Shown piece by piece: positions 17,279 to 26,436 of a stretch of DNA of 32,000 bases. The stretch spans positions 1,362,665 through 1,394,664 of the forward strand of contig NZ_CP006867.1 of NCBI RefSeq assembly GCF_001481685.1. The letters run 5' to 3'. Origin of the DNA: Ignicoccus islandicus DSM 13165. Lineage in GTDB: Archaea > Thermoproteota > Thermoprotei_A > Sulfolobales > Ignicoccaceae. Below the pieces are notes generated by a model. The model was given only the letters and a program-made list of their open reading frames with translations, was not told where the DNA came from and searched no databases. The first letter of the stretch is position 1, and every line of letters starts with the position of its first letter. Both the position numbers and the translations under genes were made by a program.

Positions 17279-19144
17279 GTGACCGAGTTCACCCTTTTAC
17301 GAATAAACTTAAGCTCCGGTAAGTCTAAAGACGAGAAGGTTGATGAGAAGACTTTGAGAAAGTTCTTGGGAGGTAGAGGTCTCGGAACCTATTTGGCACT
17401 TAAGGAAATACCTAGGAACGCTGATGCTTTAGGTCCAGAAAACAAACTCTTCATTATGTCTGGACCTGTAACTGGAACTGCTGAAGGTTTCGAAGCTGGT
17501 CGAACCCACGTAGTGGCCAAGAGCCCCCTTACGGGACTTATTGGAGAAAGTAACATGGGCGGTAGGTTCGCTCCATGGATGAGGTTCTCTGGATATGATG
17601 GTCTAATTATAGAAGGTAAAAGCGAGGAACCAGTTTGGATAAGTATAGTAAATTCCGAGATTACCATCCACAGTGCAAAGGATATTTGGGGGCGGGGAAC
17701 TCATTATACCGAACACTATATCAGGAAGAAACTAGGCGTAACGCCGAAAGAAGGTGCTGTTCTAGCAATAGGACCAGCAGGTGAAAATAAAGTTAGATTA
17801 GCTAACATAATTCATGCTGGTGGACGTGCTGCCGGAAGAACTGGTCTAGGCGCCGTAATGGGTTCTAAAAACTTGAAGGCGATTTACGTATACGGAGAAA
17901 GGAAGCCCGAAATAGTTGACAAGGAGAGGTTCGAAAAAGGCGTCAAACTTCTAAAGGAAAAGATAGGCAACCATCCAGTAAGGAAGGCTCTGAACAATTA
18001 CGGAACTGCGGTTTTAGTTAATATAATCAATGAAATAGGTGCATTACCTACTAAGAACTGGACTAAGGGTACTTTCGAAAAGGCTGAAGAGATAAGCGGT
18101 GAAAAAATGGCTGAGAAGTACTTGGTTAAAAGCAGGGGATGTTGGGGTTGTCAAATCGAATGTGGTCGATTGGTCAAAACCTACTCGCCGGAATGGGGTG
18201 TACCTGAGGGATCCAAAGGTCCTGAGTACGAAACTATATTTGCAATAGGATCCAATTTAGAGCTTTCAAACTTAGAAGCAATAATTAGACTTAACCATGT
18301 TCTAAACGACGTTGGTATGGATACAATAGAATTCGGTAACACCGTAGCTGTCTTAATGGAACTCTACGAAAGGGCACAGAAGGGCGAGCTACCCCAAGAT
18401 AAGGCGGAGGAACTATTTAAATTACTCGATGGTCTTAGGCCAATCTGGGGCACACCAAATCCGGTCCTTGAACTTATCTACAAGGTAGCTACAAGAGACG
18501 GAATTGGCGAATACATGGCAGAAGGAGCGAAAAGGTTAGCTGAGAGATTTGGATGCAATTGCGTTGCGGAGGCCAGGGGCATGAGTTTACCAGCGTATGA
18601 TCCTAGAGCTATAAAGTCTATGGCATTAGCCTATGCAACGGCAAACAGGGGAGGTTGTCATCTCAGGGCGTACGCCGTGAGCTTTGAAGTCCTAGGTATT
18701 CCTAAGAAAACTGATCCGCTAGAGGTCAACGTAGAGAAGGCTAAAATGGTTAAGGAACAACAAGACTTCTTTGCAGCGATAGATAGTATGATAGTATGTA
18801 AGTTCAACACATTCATGACACCGTCTCCCGAGGACTACGTTGACCTATTGGCCGGTGTGACCGGATGGGACGTAACAGCGGAAGAGATAATGAAGATAGG
18901 AGAGAGAATCTACAACGTAGAGAGGCTGTTTAACGTACGTGAAGGCGATCCCGGTGATTACTTAAGCAGAAGGTTGATAGAAGAGAAGCTACCCGATGGC
19001 CCGGCTGCGGGTCACACTGCAAAGGACGCTCTAGAAGTAATGCTCCCGGCTTACTATGAGTATAGAAAATGGGAGAACGGAATCCCATCAAAGGAAATAT
19101 TAAGAGAGCTAGACTTACAAGAGTTCGAATACATAATTGCTTGA
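17279..19144 (+). CDS. Aldehyde:ferredoxin oxidoreductase family (tungsten-pterin) protein
   Basis: FLGGRGLGTYLALKEI, HVVAKSPLTGLIGESNMGGRFAPWMRFSGYDGLIIEG, GPAGENKVRLANIIHAGGRAAGRTGLGAVMGSKNLKAI, RGCWGCQIECGR. Confidence 0.93.
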   Translation: MTEFTLLRINLSSGKSKDEKVDEKTLRKFLGGRGLGTYLALKEIPRNADALGPENKLFIMSGPVTGTAEGFEAGRTHVVAKSPLTGLIGESNMGGRFAPWMRFSGYDGLIIEGKSEEPVWISIVNSEITIHSAKDIWGRGTHYTEHYIRKKLGVTPKEGAVLAIGPAGENKVRLANIIHAGGRAAGRTGLGAVMGSKNLKAIYVYGERKPEIVDKERFEKGVKLLKEKIGNHPVRKALNNYGTAVLVNIINEIGALPTKNWTKGTFEKAEEISGEKMAEKYLVKSRGCWGCQIECGRLVKTYSPEWGVPEGSKGPEYETIFAIGSNLELSNLEAIIRLNHVLNDVGMDTIEFGNTVAVLMELYERAQKGELPQDKAEELFKLLDGLRPIWGTPNPVLELIYKVATRDGIGEYMAEGAKRLAERFGCNCVAEARGMSLPAYDPRAIKSMALAYATANRGGCHLRAYAVSFEVLGIPKKTDPLEVNVEKAKMVKEQQDFFAAIDSMIVCKFNTFMTPSPEDYVDLLAGVTGWDVTAEEIMKIGERIYNVERLFNVREGDPGDYLSRRLIEEKLPDGPAAGHTAKDALEVMLPAYYEYRKWENGIPSKEILRELDLQEFEYIIA

Positions 19145-19200
19145 AAAATACTTCTTCAATAATTCTGCCATTAAAGTCAATCCGGATAATGCTATGCCAA

Positions 19201-19770
19201 CTATTTAATTATTTTTATTCTATTCGATTTTAAGTCAAGGTAGAAGTTAATGTAAGATATTACGTGCGAAGCTAAATAACTCTTTTTACCGATTGATATT
19301 ACTTGTGAAGGACGTACGTCGCTGGGTAAGTCTATATCATGTTGTGGACCAATAACGAAAGCTAGGGTCTTGAAATACTTTAAGGAGGTTACGTCCTCAC
19401 CTCCCTCTTTGAGGAAAATGATGGGCATCTTTAGATTTTTAAGAACGAACTCGAACGAATCGCGAGTTCTTGTACAACCCTTCGATAACCCTAACATACA
19501 TTTCCTAATACATTTGATTGCATCAATCTCAGTTCTGAGATCACAATCTAGCGACTTACCATCGAAATATAGCGTCAGTGGGGGGTTAGGCGGTCCTTCG
19601 AGGGTTACAATAAATTGGGCATCTTTTCTAACACCTTTCGTAGTCCATAGACTTGCTCTCAACATTCTAGCAATTACGTCGAGACGACCCGTTCGCGATG
19701 CAATACCTTTCCCCGGAAAATATGGCGAGGTTGTTGCGGTAAGGGATCGGGTTATGAACAATCTAATCAA
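19201..19770 (-). CDS. trmY: tRNA (pseudouridine(54)-N1)-methyltransferase TrmY
   Basis: GRLDVIARMLRASLWTTKGVRKDAQFIVTLEGPPNPPLTLYFDG, EGGEDVTSLKYFKTLAFVIGPQHDIDL, SHVISYINFYLD; matches the remembered TrmY family pattern. Confidence 0.8.
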   Translation of the reverse strand: MIRLFITRSLTATTSPYFPGKGIASRTGRLDVIARMLRASLWTTKGVRKDAQFIVTLEGPPNPPLTLYFDGKSLDCDLRTEIDAIKCIRKCMLGLSKGCTRTRDSFEFVLKNLKMPIIFLKEGGEDVTSLKYFKTLAFVIGPQHDIDLPSDVRPSQVISIGKKSYLASHVISYINFYLDLKSNRIKIIK

Positions 19771-19772
19771 CT

Positions 19773-20057
19773 TTAGTAGAGTCCCCTTCTCTTCCTTTCG
19801 TGCTCAGGTCTAACCTTCACTAAACCATAGTGTACAGCGCAGCTTACGCAATAACATTTAGTTAGTTTATACTTTGGTATTATTGCGCCCTTCTTTTCAA
19901 GTTCCCTTGCGAGCTGAGGATCGACTGGGCTATACCACTTGGTTACACAGATTGCTTTATCGGCTGGTATTAACCTCCCGCAATTGTCGCATTGAATAAC
20001 ACCACTTCTGCCTTTGTCTCCCTTGTGACGCCCCCTGTTTTCCCTCTTCTTTGGCAC
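19773..20057 (-). CDS. rps26e: Ribosomal protein eS26
   Basis: MPKKRENRGRHKGDKGRSGVIQCDNCGRLIPADKAI...KCYCVSCAVHYGLVKVRPEHERKRR, typical S26e zinc protein. Confidence 0.93.
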   Translation of the reverse strand: MPKKRENRGRHKGDKGRSGVIQCDNCGRLIPADKAICVTKWYSPVDPQLARELEKKGAIIPKYKLTKCYCVSCAVHYGLVKVRPEHERKRRGLY

Positions 20058-20205
20058 TCCCTTACACCTAATCCTTACTGGCTACGCGTTGGGATTTAAA
20101 GGTTCTGTAGAAATTGCAGTTACGAATTCTCTGCTCCAACCGTTACAGTGTGAATACACTTGTACGCTTCAAGATATTACTACATCGTAGACACTGTTAG
20201 ATGGT

Positions 20206-21183
20206 TTGAGGAAAATGAAGATAGACCTTAATACGGCGAAAATACTGAATGAGCTTCAATACAACTTTCCCCTAACCCCAACTCCATTTCGCGATATAGC
20301 GTATAATCTAGGTATAAGTGAAGATTACGTTCTAAAAATTGTGAGAAATCTAATGGAACATAAGATAATTAAGAGGATAGGATTTACCGTAAACTACAAG
20401 TCACAAGGTAAGGTCGCGGCTTTAGTGGGCGTTAAAGTCTCTTCAAGGGAAGACATTGAGAGGTTGAGAATGGAACTTTTGAATAATCAAGAAGTTACCC
20501 ATAATTACCTTAGGGACGATCCTGACTTCCAAGTATGGTTTACAATTAAAGCCCCAAGTTTTGAAATATTAAAAAATGACGTTGCTGAGCTCCTAGAAAA
20601 TAAATTGAAACTAAGTGACTACGTCATCTTGCCTAGTAAACGTGTTTGTAAGGTAAGTGTAAGGTACGATCTAATAAAGGGTATAGGTTGGAGTAAGCCG
20701 ACTGAACAGCCTAATGACGTTCCTAAACCAGAAGAAATAGGTATACCGCCAACGCTCCCTCGCGAAGTTTCCAGACTAAAACCCGTCTCAAGACCTTACT
20801 TGGAGATTGCTAAGAAATATGGATTGTCAGAGGAGGAATTATTGAATATAGTGAGGCTGATGCTTGAGAAGGGTATACTAAGAAACCCTGGTGCAAGCGT
20901 GGATGGTGATAAAATCGGTTTTAAATACAACGTAATGACTGTTCTAAATGTAGACGATACCGAATATGCATGCAAATTCTTAAAGGACGAGGTATGGGAA
21001 GCTTCACATATTGTTGAAAGAATAGTTCCCGAGAGATGGCCGTATCCGGTATATTTCGTTTTACATGCGATGAAGAAAGACGTAGTTGAAGAAGTAATAA
21101 ACAATGTTATCAGGCATCTTAAGCCTATAAGTTACAGAAAACTCTATAGCATAGAAAATCTAAAGCCTGGTGTTGCGCGATAG
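20206..21183 (+). CDS. Lrp/AsnC-like two-domain protein, AhbA/AhbB (siroheme decarboxylase)-like fusion
   Basis: N half: ILNELQYNFPLTPTPFRDIAYNLGISEDYVLKIVRNLMEHKIIKRIGFTVN; C half: PYLEIAKKYGLSEEELLNIVRLMLEKGILRNPGASVDGDKIGFKYNVMTVLNV...VPERWPYPVYFVLHAMKKDVVEE. Confidence 0.65.
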   Translation: MRKMKIDLNTAKILNELQYNFPLTPTPFRDIAYNLGISEDYVLKIVRNLMEHKIIKRIGFTVNYKSQGKVAALVGVKVSSREDIERLRMELLNNQEVTHNYLRDDPDFQVWFTIKAPSFEILKNDVAELLENKLKLSDYVILPSKRVCKVSVRYDLIKGIGWSKPTEQPNDVPKPEEIGIPPTLPREVSRLKPVSRPYLEIAKKYGLSEEELLNIVRLMLEKGILRNPGASVDGDKIGFKYNVMTVLNVDDTEYACKFLKDEVWEASHIVERIVPERWPYPVYFVLHAMKKDVVEEVINNVIRHLKPISYRKLYSIENLKPGVAR

Positions 21184-21308
21184 CGCAAGTCGGCGTTTTT
21201 GTGATCAAAAAGTAATCGAAATCCATGAGATTACTTCGAAATCCGTAATACCAAGGTACATAATTAATAAGGGTCTCCCGAGATAGATTATAGTGAGGGT
21301 GAAGCGTC

Positions 21309-21794
21309 GTGGTACACACAGGAATTAGCTGGGCAGCTGAAGTTCTAAGGAGGTTAAAGGGCGTTGACTTCCCAGTAACCAAGGAGCAACTAAAGGAGAG
21401 GCTTCAAGGCCTCTATTGGAGAGGCATACCTATAGAGAAGCTACTCGAAGAAATCGAGGTAGAGCAATTCGAGACTCCCGCAGAGGTCCTACACTACTTA
21501 GCTGAAGCAGCAAGGAAGCTAGAGTACAGCGGTCAAGTAGCTCCAGGCGGAAGGGTTGGAATTAGCTGGGCAGCTGAAGTTCTAAGGAGGTTAAAGGGCG
21601 TTGACTTCCCAGTAACCAAGGAGCAACTAAAGGAGAGGCTTCAAGGCCTCTATTGGAGAGGCATACCTATAGAGAAGCTACTCGAAGAAATCGAGGTAGA
21701 GCAATTCGAGACTCCCGCAGAGGTCCTACACTACTTAGCTGAAGCAGCAAGGAAGCTAGAGGAGAAGGGTTTCTCGGCTGCCACGATCGCTTAG
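21309..21794 (+). CDS. Protein of two tandem identical domains (DUF2795-like fold suspected)
   Basis: GTG start preceded by GTGAGGGTG; GISWAAEVLRRLKGVDFPVTKEQLKERLQGLYWRGIPIEKLLEEIEVEQFETPAEVLHYLAEAARKLE occurs twice, separated by YSGQVAPGGRV. Confidence 0.8.
   Translation: MVHTGISWAAEVLRRLKGVDFPVTKEQLKERLQGLYWRGIPIEKLLEEIEVEQFETPAEVLHYLAEAARKLEYSGQVAPGGRVGISWAAEVLRRLKGVDFPVTKEQLKERLQGLYWRGIPIEKLLEEIEVEQFETPAEVLHYLAEAARKLEEKGFSAATIA
21321..21524 (+). repeat. 204-bp direct repeat, copy 1
   Basis: ggaattagctgggcagctgaag...gaagctagag, identical to copy 2 on direct reading; period 237 bp. Confidence 0.95.
21558..21761 (+). repeat. 204-bp direct repeat, copy 2
   Basis: Same sequence as 21321-21524. 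Confidence 0.95.
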
Positions 21795-21818
21795 AGCTTA
21801 AATAATTCTTTTTTTTTA

Positions 21819-23096
21819 TCACGTGTTTTCTAGGGTAGGTTTCTCAATCCATACAACATCCAAGCTAACGCATTTACACTCTTTTGAGAGGAAGGACGAA
21901 AAGGAGGGCTCTGTTCTACCATTATCACCACTAATCAATTCTTTAATGTAGAGTCCTCCTTCTCCTTTTATAAGTGAAATGAAGGTAGTATTATCCACTT
22001 TAGCTGCCTTCACCCAGTAAACCTTCTTGGTCCTAACCATATCTTTACGCCTGTGTAGAACCCTTGTTGGCGTTTGTTGGGAAACAATAGTATTTTGGAA
22101 GAAATCCTCGAGAGCCTTAAGTTCGTCTTCAGTTACTGTCTCGGTACATTGTACCACAGCAAAATACGTCTTTTCCTTTAACGAATCTTCTCCCTTCAAT
22201 CTCGGAACCTCGTCCTTGTTACTATACCGTATAAACTCAAAGTAAACATCGTCGTTTGAATACTTTATTTTAGTGACGTCGACGTACCTGCGTTTAGGTT
22301 TTACTACCTTAGCTATGAACGGTCTACCAGAGCCCAAAGTTCTCACATCAACGTCCTCTCGGCCTGCCGCATGAAGCACGACTTCCTTGGCCTGAAATAC
22401 ATTAAGTGCCTCTTGAAGGTAACCTTCTACGCTACACTCGTATTTCCAGATACTTTGAGAGCATCTTCTTGAGAGTTTCTTATAGATACCGTAAACGTAG
22501 ATAGGCTTTATCTGAAGCTTTAATTCATTATTCTTTAAGTCAATTATTATAGTAATGTCAGGATCAACGAAGTCTGGCTCTTTCCTTAGCTCTTCTTTGA
22601 GTATTTTACCAATCTCTCTTTTAAACGAGTTCTTTATGTTCTCGGCATATGGTAGCTTAAATTCCGCTATCAAATCTCTATGCCTCTCTTCCATTTCACC
22701 ACAATTTGTACATCCTACCACGAAGCTCTCAAATTCCATTCCATCCAGATAATCTAATATCTTCTTGGACCATGTCTTAACTAACTCATTCCAGTTGTTT
22801 CCGCAAACGTAACACCTCTTCAATTCGTGGATGTTAAGGTTCATTGCGATAGCTATCTCCTTTGTTTCTTCACTAGACAGATTGCCGAGGACGGTCACTA
22901 AACTCGATTCATCTTCTATTCCTTCCCTTACTCTTCTATCCATCTCCATTATTATAGTTCGTCGTAAAGCGGCTCCACGCTTCTCGTTACCTAACCCCTT
23001 CCCAAGTCTTGCAAACAGTGATCCCAAACAATGATCGCATAAAGGGTATTTCTTTACGATTTTAAGCGATTTCTCAATAATGTTTTGATCGTCCAC
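21819..23096 (-). CDS. pus10: tRNA pseudouridine(54/55) synthase Pus10
   Basis: N-terminal PLCDHCLGSLFARLGKGLGNEKRG, CYVCG/CTNCG pair, ALNVFQAKEVVLHAAGREDVDVRTLGSGRPFIAKVVKPKRR. Confidence 0.93.
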   Translation of the reverse strand: MDDQNIIEKSLKIVKKYPLCDHCLGSLFARLGKGLGNEKRGAALRRTIIMEMDRRVREGIEDESSLVTVLGNLSSEETKEIAIAMNLNIHELKRCYVCGNNWNELVKTWSKKILDYLDGMEFESFVVGCTNCGEMEERHRDLIAEFKLPYAENIKNSFKREIGKILKEELRKEPDFVDPDITIIIDLKNNELKLQIKPIYVYGIYKKLSRRCSQSIWKYECSVEGYLQEALNVFQAKEVVLHAAGREDVDVRTLGSGRPFIAKVVKPKRRYVDVTKIKYSNDDVYFEFIRYSNKDEVPRLKGEDSLKEKTYFAVVQCTETVTEDELKALEDFFQNTIVSQQTPTRVLHRRKDMVRTKKVYWVKAAKVDNTTFISLIKGEGGLYIKELISGDNGRTEPSFSSFLSKECKCVSLDVVWIEKPTLENT

Positions 23097-23128
23097 ACTG
23101 GACCCCCTCCCGATTGAAACCTCAGTTC

Positions 23129-23638
23129 CTATAACGGTTCCTTGCCTTCTAGGAACCTATCAATAATTATATGGGAAATGATAACTACTTGGTCTAAAGG
23201 GTATCTCTCGCTTAAGCAATTCAGTTTAGAGGGATCTATCACAACAGGTAATCTAATATTATTAAGCGAACATTCAAGGAAGTTTTCGAAAGAAGGTGGT
23301 GGACAAGCACTGTTAACGTCTATACCCGTGATCTCCTTACCACCCTTAATGGCTCTAAGGATTCCAAGGATGCTTTCACTATCAGGATACAGTCGTCTTA
23401 CCTTTCTAGGATCGATTACTAATACCAAGTTTTCTTCAACCTTTATTACCAATCGTGTATCTCTTCTAATTGAATTAGATAGAAAAAGAGACGCGTTTAC
23501 TATTAATGGGAAAACACCGAGCTCGAAGTCGTTGCAAATTCTGACTTCTCTTAGGATACTTTCTTCGACCTCAGAGGGGGCTTTTTTGGATATGGCTCGA
23601 TCATCGCTTGTATGCTTACCAGACCCACTGGTCATCAT
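23129..23638 (-). CDS. Shortened TrmY/SPOUT-like paralog in pus10 operon (tentative)
   Basis: LIVNASLFLSNSIRRDTRLVIKVEENLVLVIDPRKVRRLYPDSESILGILRAIK resembles the TrmY N-terminal half; YPLDQVVIISHIIIDRF resembles the TrmY C-terminus; no clear GEDV...IGDHIG-type segment. Confidence 0.4.
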   Translation of the reverse strand: MMTSGSGKHTSDDRAISKKAPSEVEESILREVRICNDFELGVFPLIVNASLFLSNSIRRDTRLVIKVEENLVLVIDPRKVRRLYPDSESILGILRAIKGGKEITGIDVNSACPPPSFENFLECSLNNIRLPVVIDPSKLNCLSERYPLDQVVIISHIIIDRFLEGKEPL

Positions 23639-23650
23639 CGGTTCCTCTAA

Positions 23651-24220
23651 TCAGTGTAAGTTTCCAATCCTTTTCACTCTGATCCTCAATACACCGTCTT
23701 GTAGCTCGCATCTAACGTCTACTCTTTCGTCCCCAGTGCCCCTTCTTCTTAACCATGTTCTAATTAACGATGCTATTAGGAAGGCTTCTGGTGAGAGTGT
23801 TATTGGTATTCCTTCTTGTTTCAGTATTTTATAAGCCGGATCGAACACGCTACCATGTATCTCAATTACTATTTCCTTATCGGATTCTTTAACTACTTTA
23901 GCTTCCTTAGCCACACCTAGTTTCTTCAGTATGTTCGTCAAGCTAGGTCCTAGAGTTCCATCATGCCCATCTAGTGATTCTTCTAGATTATTAATTAGCT
24001 TAGATTCAAGTAGTTTCGAGAGCAAGTCGCCTAGTTCCGATATTAGTATTTGGGTATATGCGATAGCTGAACTTCCGAGGACTTTATATAATACCTTTTG
24101 GTAGGCTAATATTACAGCATTGACTAGTGCTGAATCAATGCAAACGTGCTCATGAGAAAGGGTGTCAGCTTCCCTTTGGATTTCTACTTCATGTTGGAAG
24201 GAGCTTCCTGTTGGAGTCAT
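23651..24220 (-). CDS. Hypothetical protein, 189 aa, in pus10 operon
   Basis: Co-oriented with a 12-bp gap to the next gene; no recognised motif. Confidence 0.6.
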   Translation of the reverse strand: MTPTGSSFQHEVEIQREADTLSHEHVCIDSALVNAVILAYQKVLYKVLGSSAIAYTQILISELGDLLSKLLESKLINNLEESLDGHDGTLGPSLTNILKKLGVAKEAKVVKESDKEIVIEIHGSVFDPAYKILKQEGIPITLSPEAFLIASLIRTWLRRRGTGDERVDVRCELQDGVLRIRVKRIGNLH

Positions 24221-24348
24221 AGGACCTCGTCAAACCACTCTTTATCGCAGGTCCTAATAAGATCTTTCTTACGATAGCTAACATCGTTTTGAGGAGAAAA
24301 GGTGAATGCTCACTGCAATTTGCGCTACTCTTCGAAGCGTAAAATTCC

Positions 24349-25404
24349 TTAGTTAATAATATCTGTTAGCATCCCTCGTTGATGTGCAATCTTTATTTCT
24401 CTAGCTATCCTCCTTCCAACGCTCATGGGCTCGTCCCAGTAGTAATAGCTATAGGGGCTACCATTTACGTATATGTTAGTTCCCGCTACTATTCTCCCGG
24501 AGAACTCGAATACGACTATTTCACCATCATCTTTAACTATAGATTCCAAGCAGAAAGGTCCGACCAATTCCTCTCCTACGAACTTCTTAGTTGCATTAAC
24601 GAAGTTCTCTGCGTATTCGTAGACTTTGATAAGTAGGCTTTCCCTTAGAACCATAGGGATGTTACCAATAACTGTAAAGGATGGCATTACTCCTATTTCA
24701 TCTAGAATCCGTGGGGGTAGTCTTCGTAGGCCATCTACGTTGCTTTCATACCTTATATCCATTCCGGTTATTTCAATTCTATTCATGATCTTCGAGTTAA
24801 ATATATGAAAGTAGGCCGGTACGCCTATAACGTATTCCTGAATTATGTAATTACGATCCTTCAGACCCAATTTTTCGAGTCCTCTCTTCACCTCATCTGA
24901 AGAAGTTGCTATGAAGTAACCTCTACCGCCCTTCGCTCCACCGAGCTTTACTATTACAGGGCGATCAACTTCGTCTGGACTGTTGAATCGTTTTGGTATT
25001 TTAATACCAGCCTTTTCTAGTAGTTCCATTTTCTTATCTTGCTCGGATTCCCAGAGCAAGATCTTTCTACTCCCAAAGACAGGAACTTTGAAGTCGTTCA
25101 CAATGGAATGAGCACCAATATACTCAACGAAACTACCGTGAGGTATAACTATCGCGTTCTTGCTTATCAAGTACTCTTGTGTTTCTCTATTAAGTATTTC
25201 TTTCCATTCATTAACAATTATAAACTCATCTATTAAGTGATTGAAGTTTCTATAGAACTTAAGTCGATCCTCTTTAACTATTAATATAGTTCTTAAACCT
25301 TCTTTCTTTGCGCCATGAAGTAATTGAAGTGAACTATGACTTGCTACAGTTGCTAGAGAAACGTCTCCTTTATGGTATTCTTCTACGATTCTCTTTAACT
25401 GCAT
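24349..25404 (-). CDS. purP: Formate-dependent FAICAR synthetase PurP (ATP-grasp)
   Basis: [107 protein letters not shown]. Confidence 0.93.
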   Translation of the reverse strand: MQLKRIVEEYHKGDVSLATVASHSSLQLLHGAKKEGLRTILIVKEDRLKFYRNFNHLIDEFIIVNEWKEILNRETQEYLISKNAIVIPHGSFVEYIGAHSIVNDFKVPVFGSRKILLWESEQDKKMELLEKAGIKIPKRFNSPDEVDRPVIVKLGGAKGGRGYFIATSSDEVKRGLEKLGLKDRNYIIQEYVIGVPAYFHIFNSKIMNRIEITGMDIRYESNVDGLRRLPPRILDEIGVMPSFTVIGNIPMVLRESLLIKVYEYAENFVNATKKFVGEELVGPFCLESIVKDDGEIVVFEFSGRIVAGTNIYVNGSPYSYYYWDEPMSVGRRIAREIKIAHQRGMLTDIIN

Positions 25405-25460
25405 ACGCGGACGTCCCTCTTTGAAGGGTTCATCATTTAAGTAAAAGTACCCTTTGCTTA

Positions 25461-26432
25461 GTGAGATTGATGGGGAGATGGACTGCGATGTCCGCTGTGA
25501 GGGCTAACGAACTAGATGCAGCGATAAATAAAGCGGTTACGTGGTTAAAGAGAAAGCAACTGCCATGTGGGGGTTGGGGTGGATGTGATAGTTCTCAGAC
25601 TGGTTTAACTGGTCTGATCGTGGTTGCCCTTGTAGATAGTGGTATACCTCTCTATGACATGAGTATAGTTCAAGCGGTTAGATTCATAATAAGTAAACAG
25701 CGAGATGATGGATTCTTTCAATGGAGTGGTAGCGGACCTGGATCATACTATGGATCTGCGAGAGCTATGTTAGGGGTTTTAGCTGGAACTCCTAGGGACG
25801 AACTCGCTTCAGTTAGAGTTGCGATAGAGAAAAATATTAACGCTCTCTCTGATGGTGAGCTAAGCTGCGGAGGGTGGGAGGCTAATCCTGGAACAGGTTT
25901 AAGCCATTGGAGCTCAGCGGAAGTGCTTTTCTCAATATGGTACGCTGGAACTTTATTCATTAATGAAGATTGGAGATGTCCGCTTAACTACTACGTAAGA
26001 TTCCGTAAGTGGTTCCTGAAATCCCAAAGCTCTCTAGGATCATGGGACGGAAACTGTATTGACTGCACCGCGCGAATACTCACCTTCCTAAATCTCTATG
26101 GTTACAGTGGCCCTGAAACCATATCGGCCACTCAGTTCTTGTTAGCACAACAAGAGCCCGACGGTAGAGTGGGCGAAAGTCCTTGGGCTACTGCGTGGTT
26201 CATGTTAGGGTTAATAACACTCAACGTTGAAGATAGGTTAATTCAAGAACAAGCACGTGGCGCCGCTCGAAGAGCTCTTCAAGTATTGTTAGAGTCCCAA
26301 CTCGAAGACGGTGGTTGGCCTATATTCTATGACAGTGATACGTCTTTCGAGACTGTTACTGCCACAGTTCTATGGGCGTTAGCAGTTTATAGGAACTCGT
26401 TAAAGGGCGTTAAATCGGTATTAGGTGTATAA
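25461..26432 (+). CDS. Prenyltransferase/squalene-cyclase-like alpha-alpha toroid protein
   Basis: Repeated QW-like motifs: VTWLKRKQLPCGGWGGCDSSQTGLTGLIVVAL, FLLAQQEPDGRVGESPWATAWFMLGL, LLESQLEDGGWPIFYDSDTSFETVTATVLWAL. Confidence 0.7.
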   Translation: MRLMGRWTAMSAVRANELDAAINKAVTWLKRKQLPCGGWGGCDSSQTGLTGLIVVALVDSGIPLYDMSIVQAVRFIISKQRDDGFFQWSGSGPGSYYGSARAMLGVLAGTPRDELASVRVAIEKNINALSDGELSCGGWEANPGTGLSHWSSAEVLFSIWYAGTLFINEDWRCPLNYYVRFRKWFLKSQSSLGSWDGNCIDCTARILTFLNLYGYSGPETISATQFLLAQQEPDGRVGESPWATAWFMLGLITLNVEDRLIQEQARGAARRALQVLLESQLEDGGWPIFYDSDTSFETVTATVLWALAVYRNSLKGVKSVLGV

Positions 26433-26436
26433 AGCT

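Noticed and set aside
22027-23034. Plus-strand ORFs opposite pus10 (and similar antisense ORFs elsewhere in the track)
   Set aside because: Low-complexity Ser/Leu-rich translations lying entirely opposite well-supported genes; treated as shadow ORFs.
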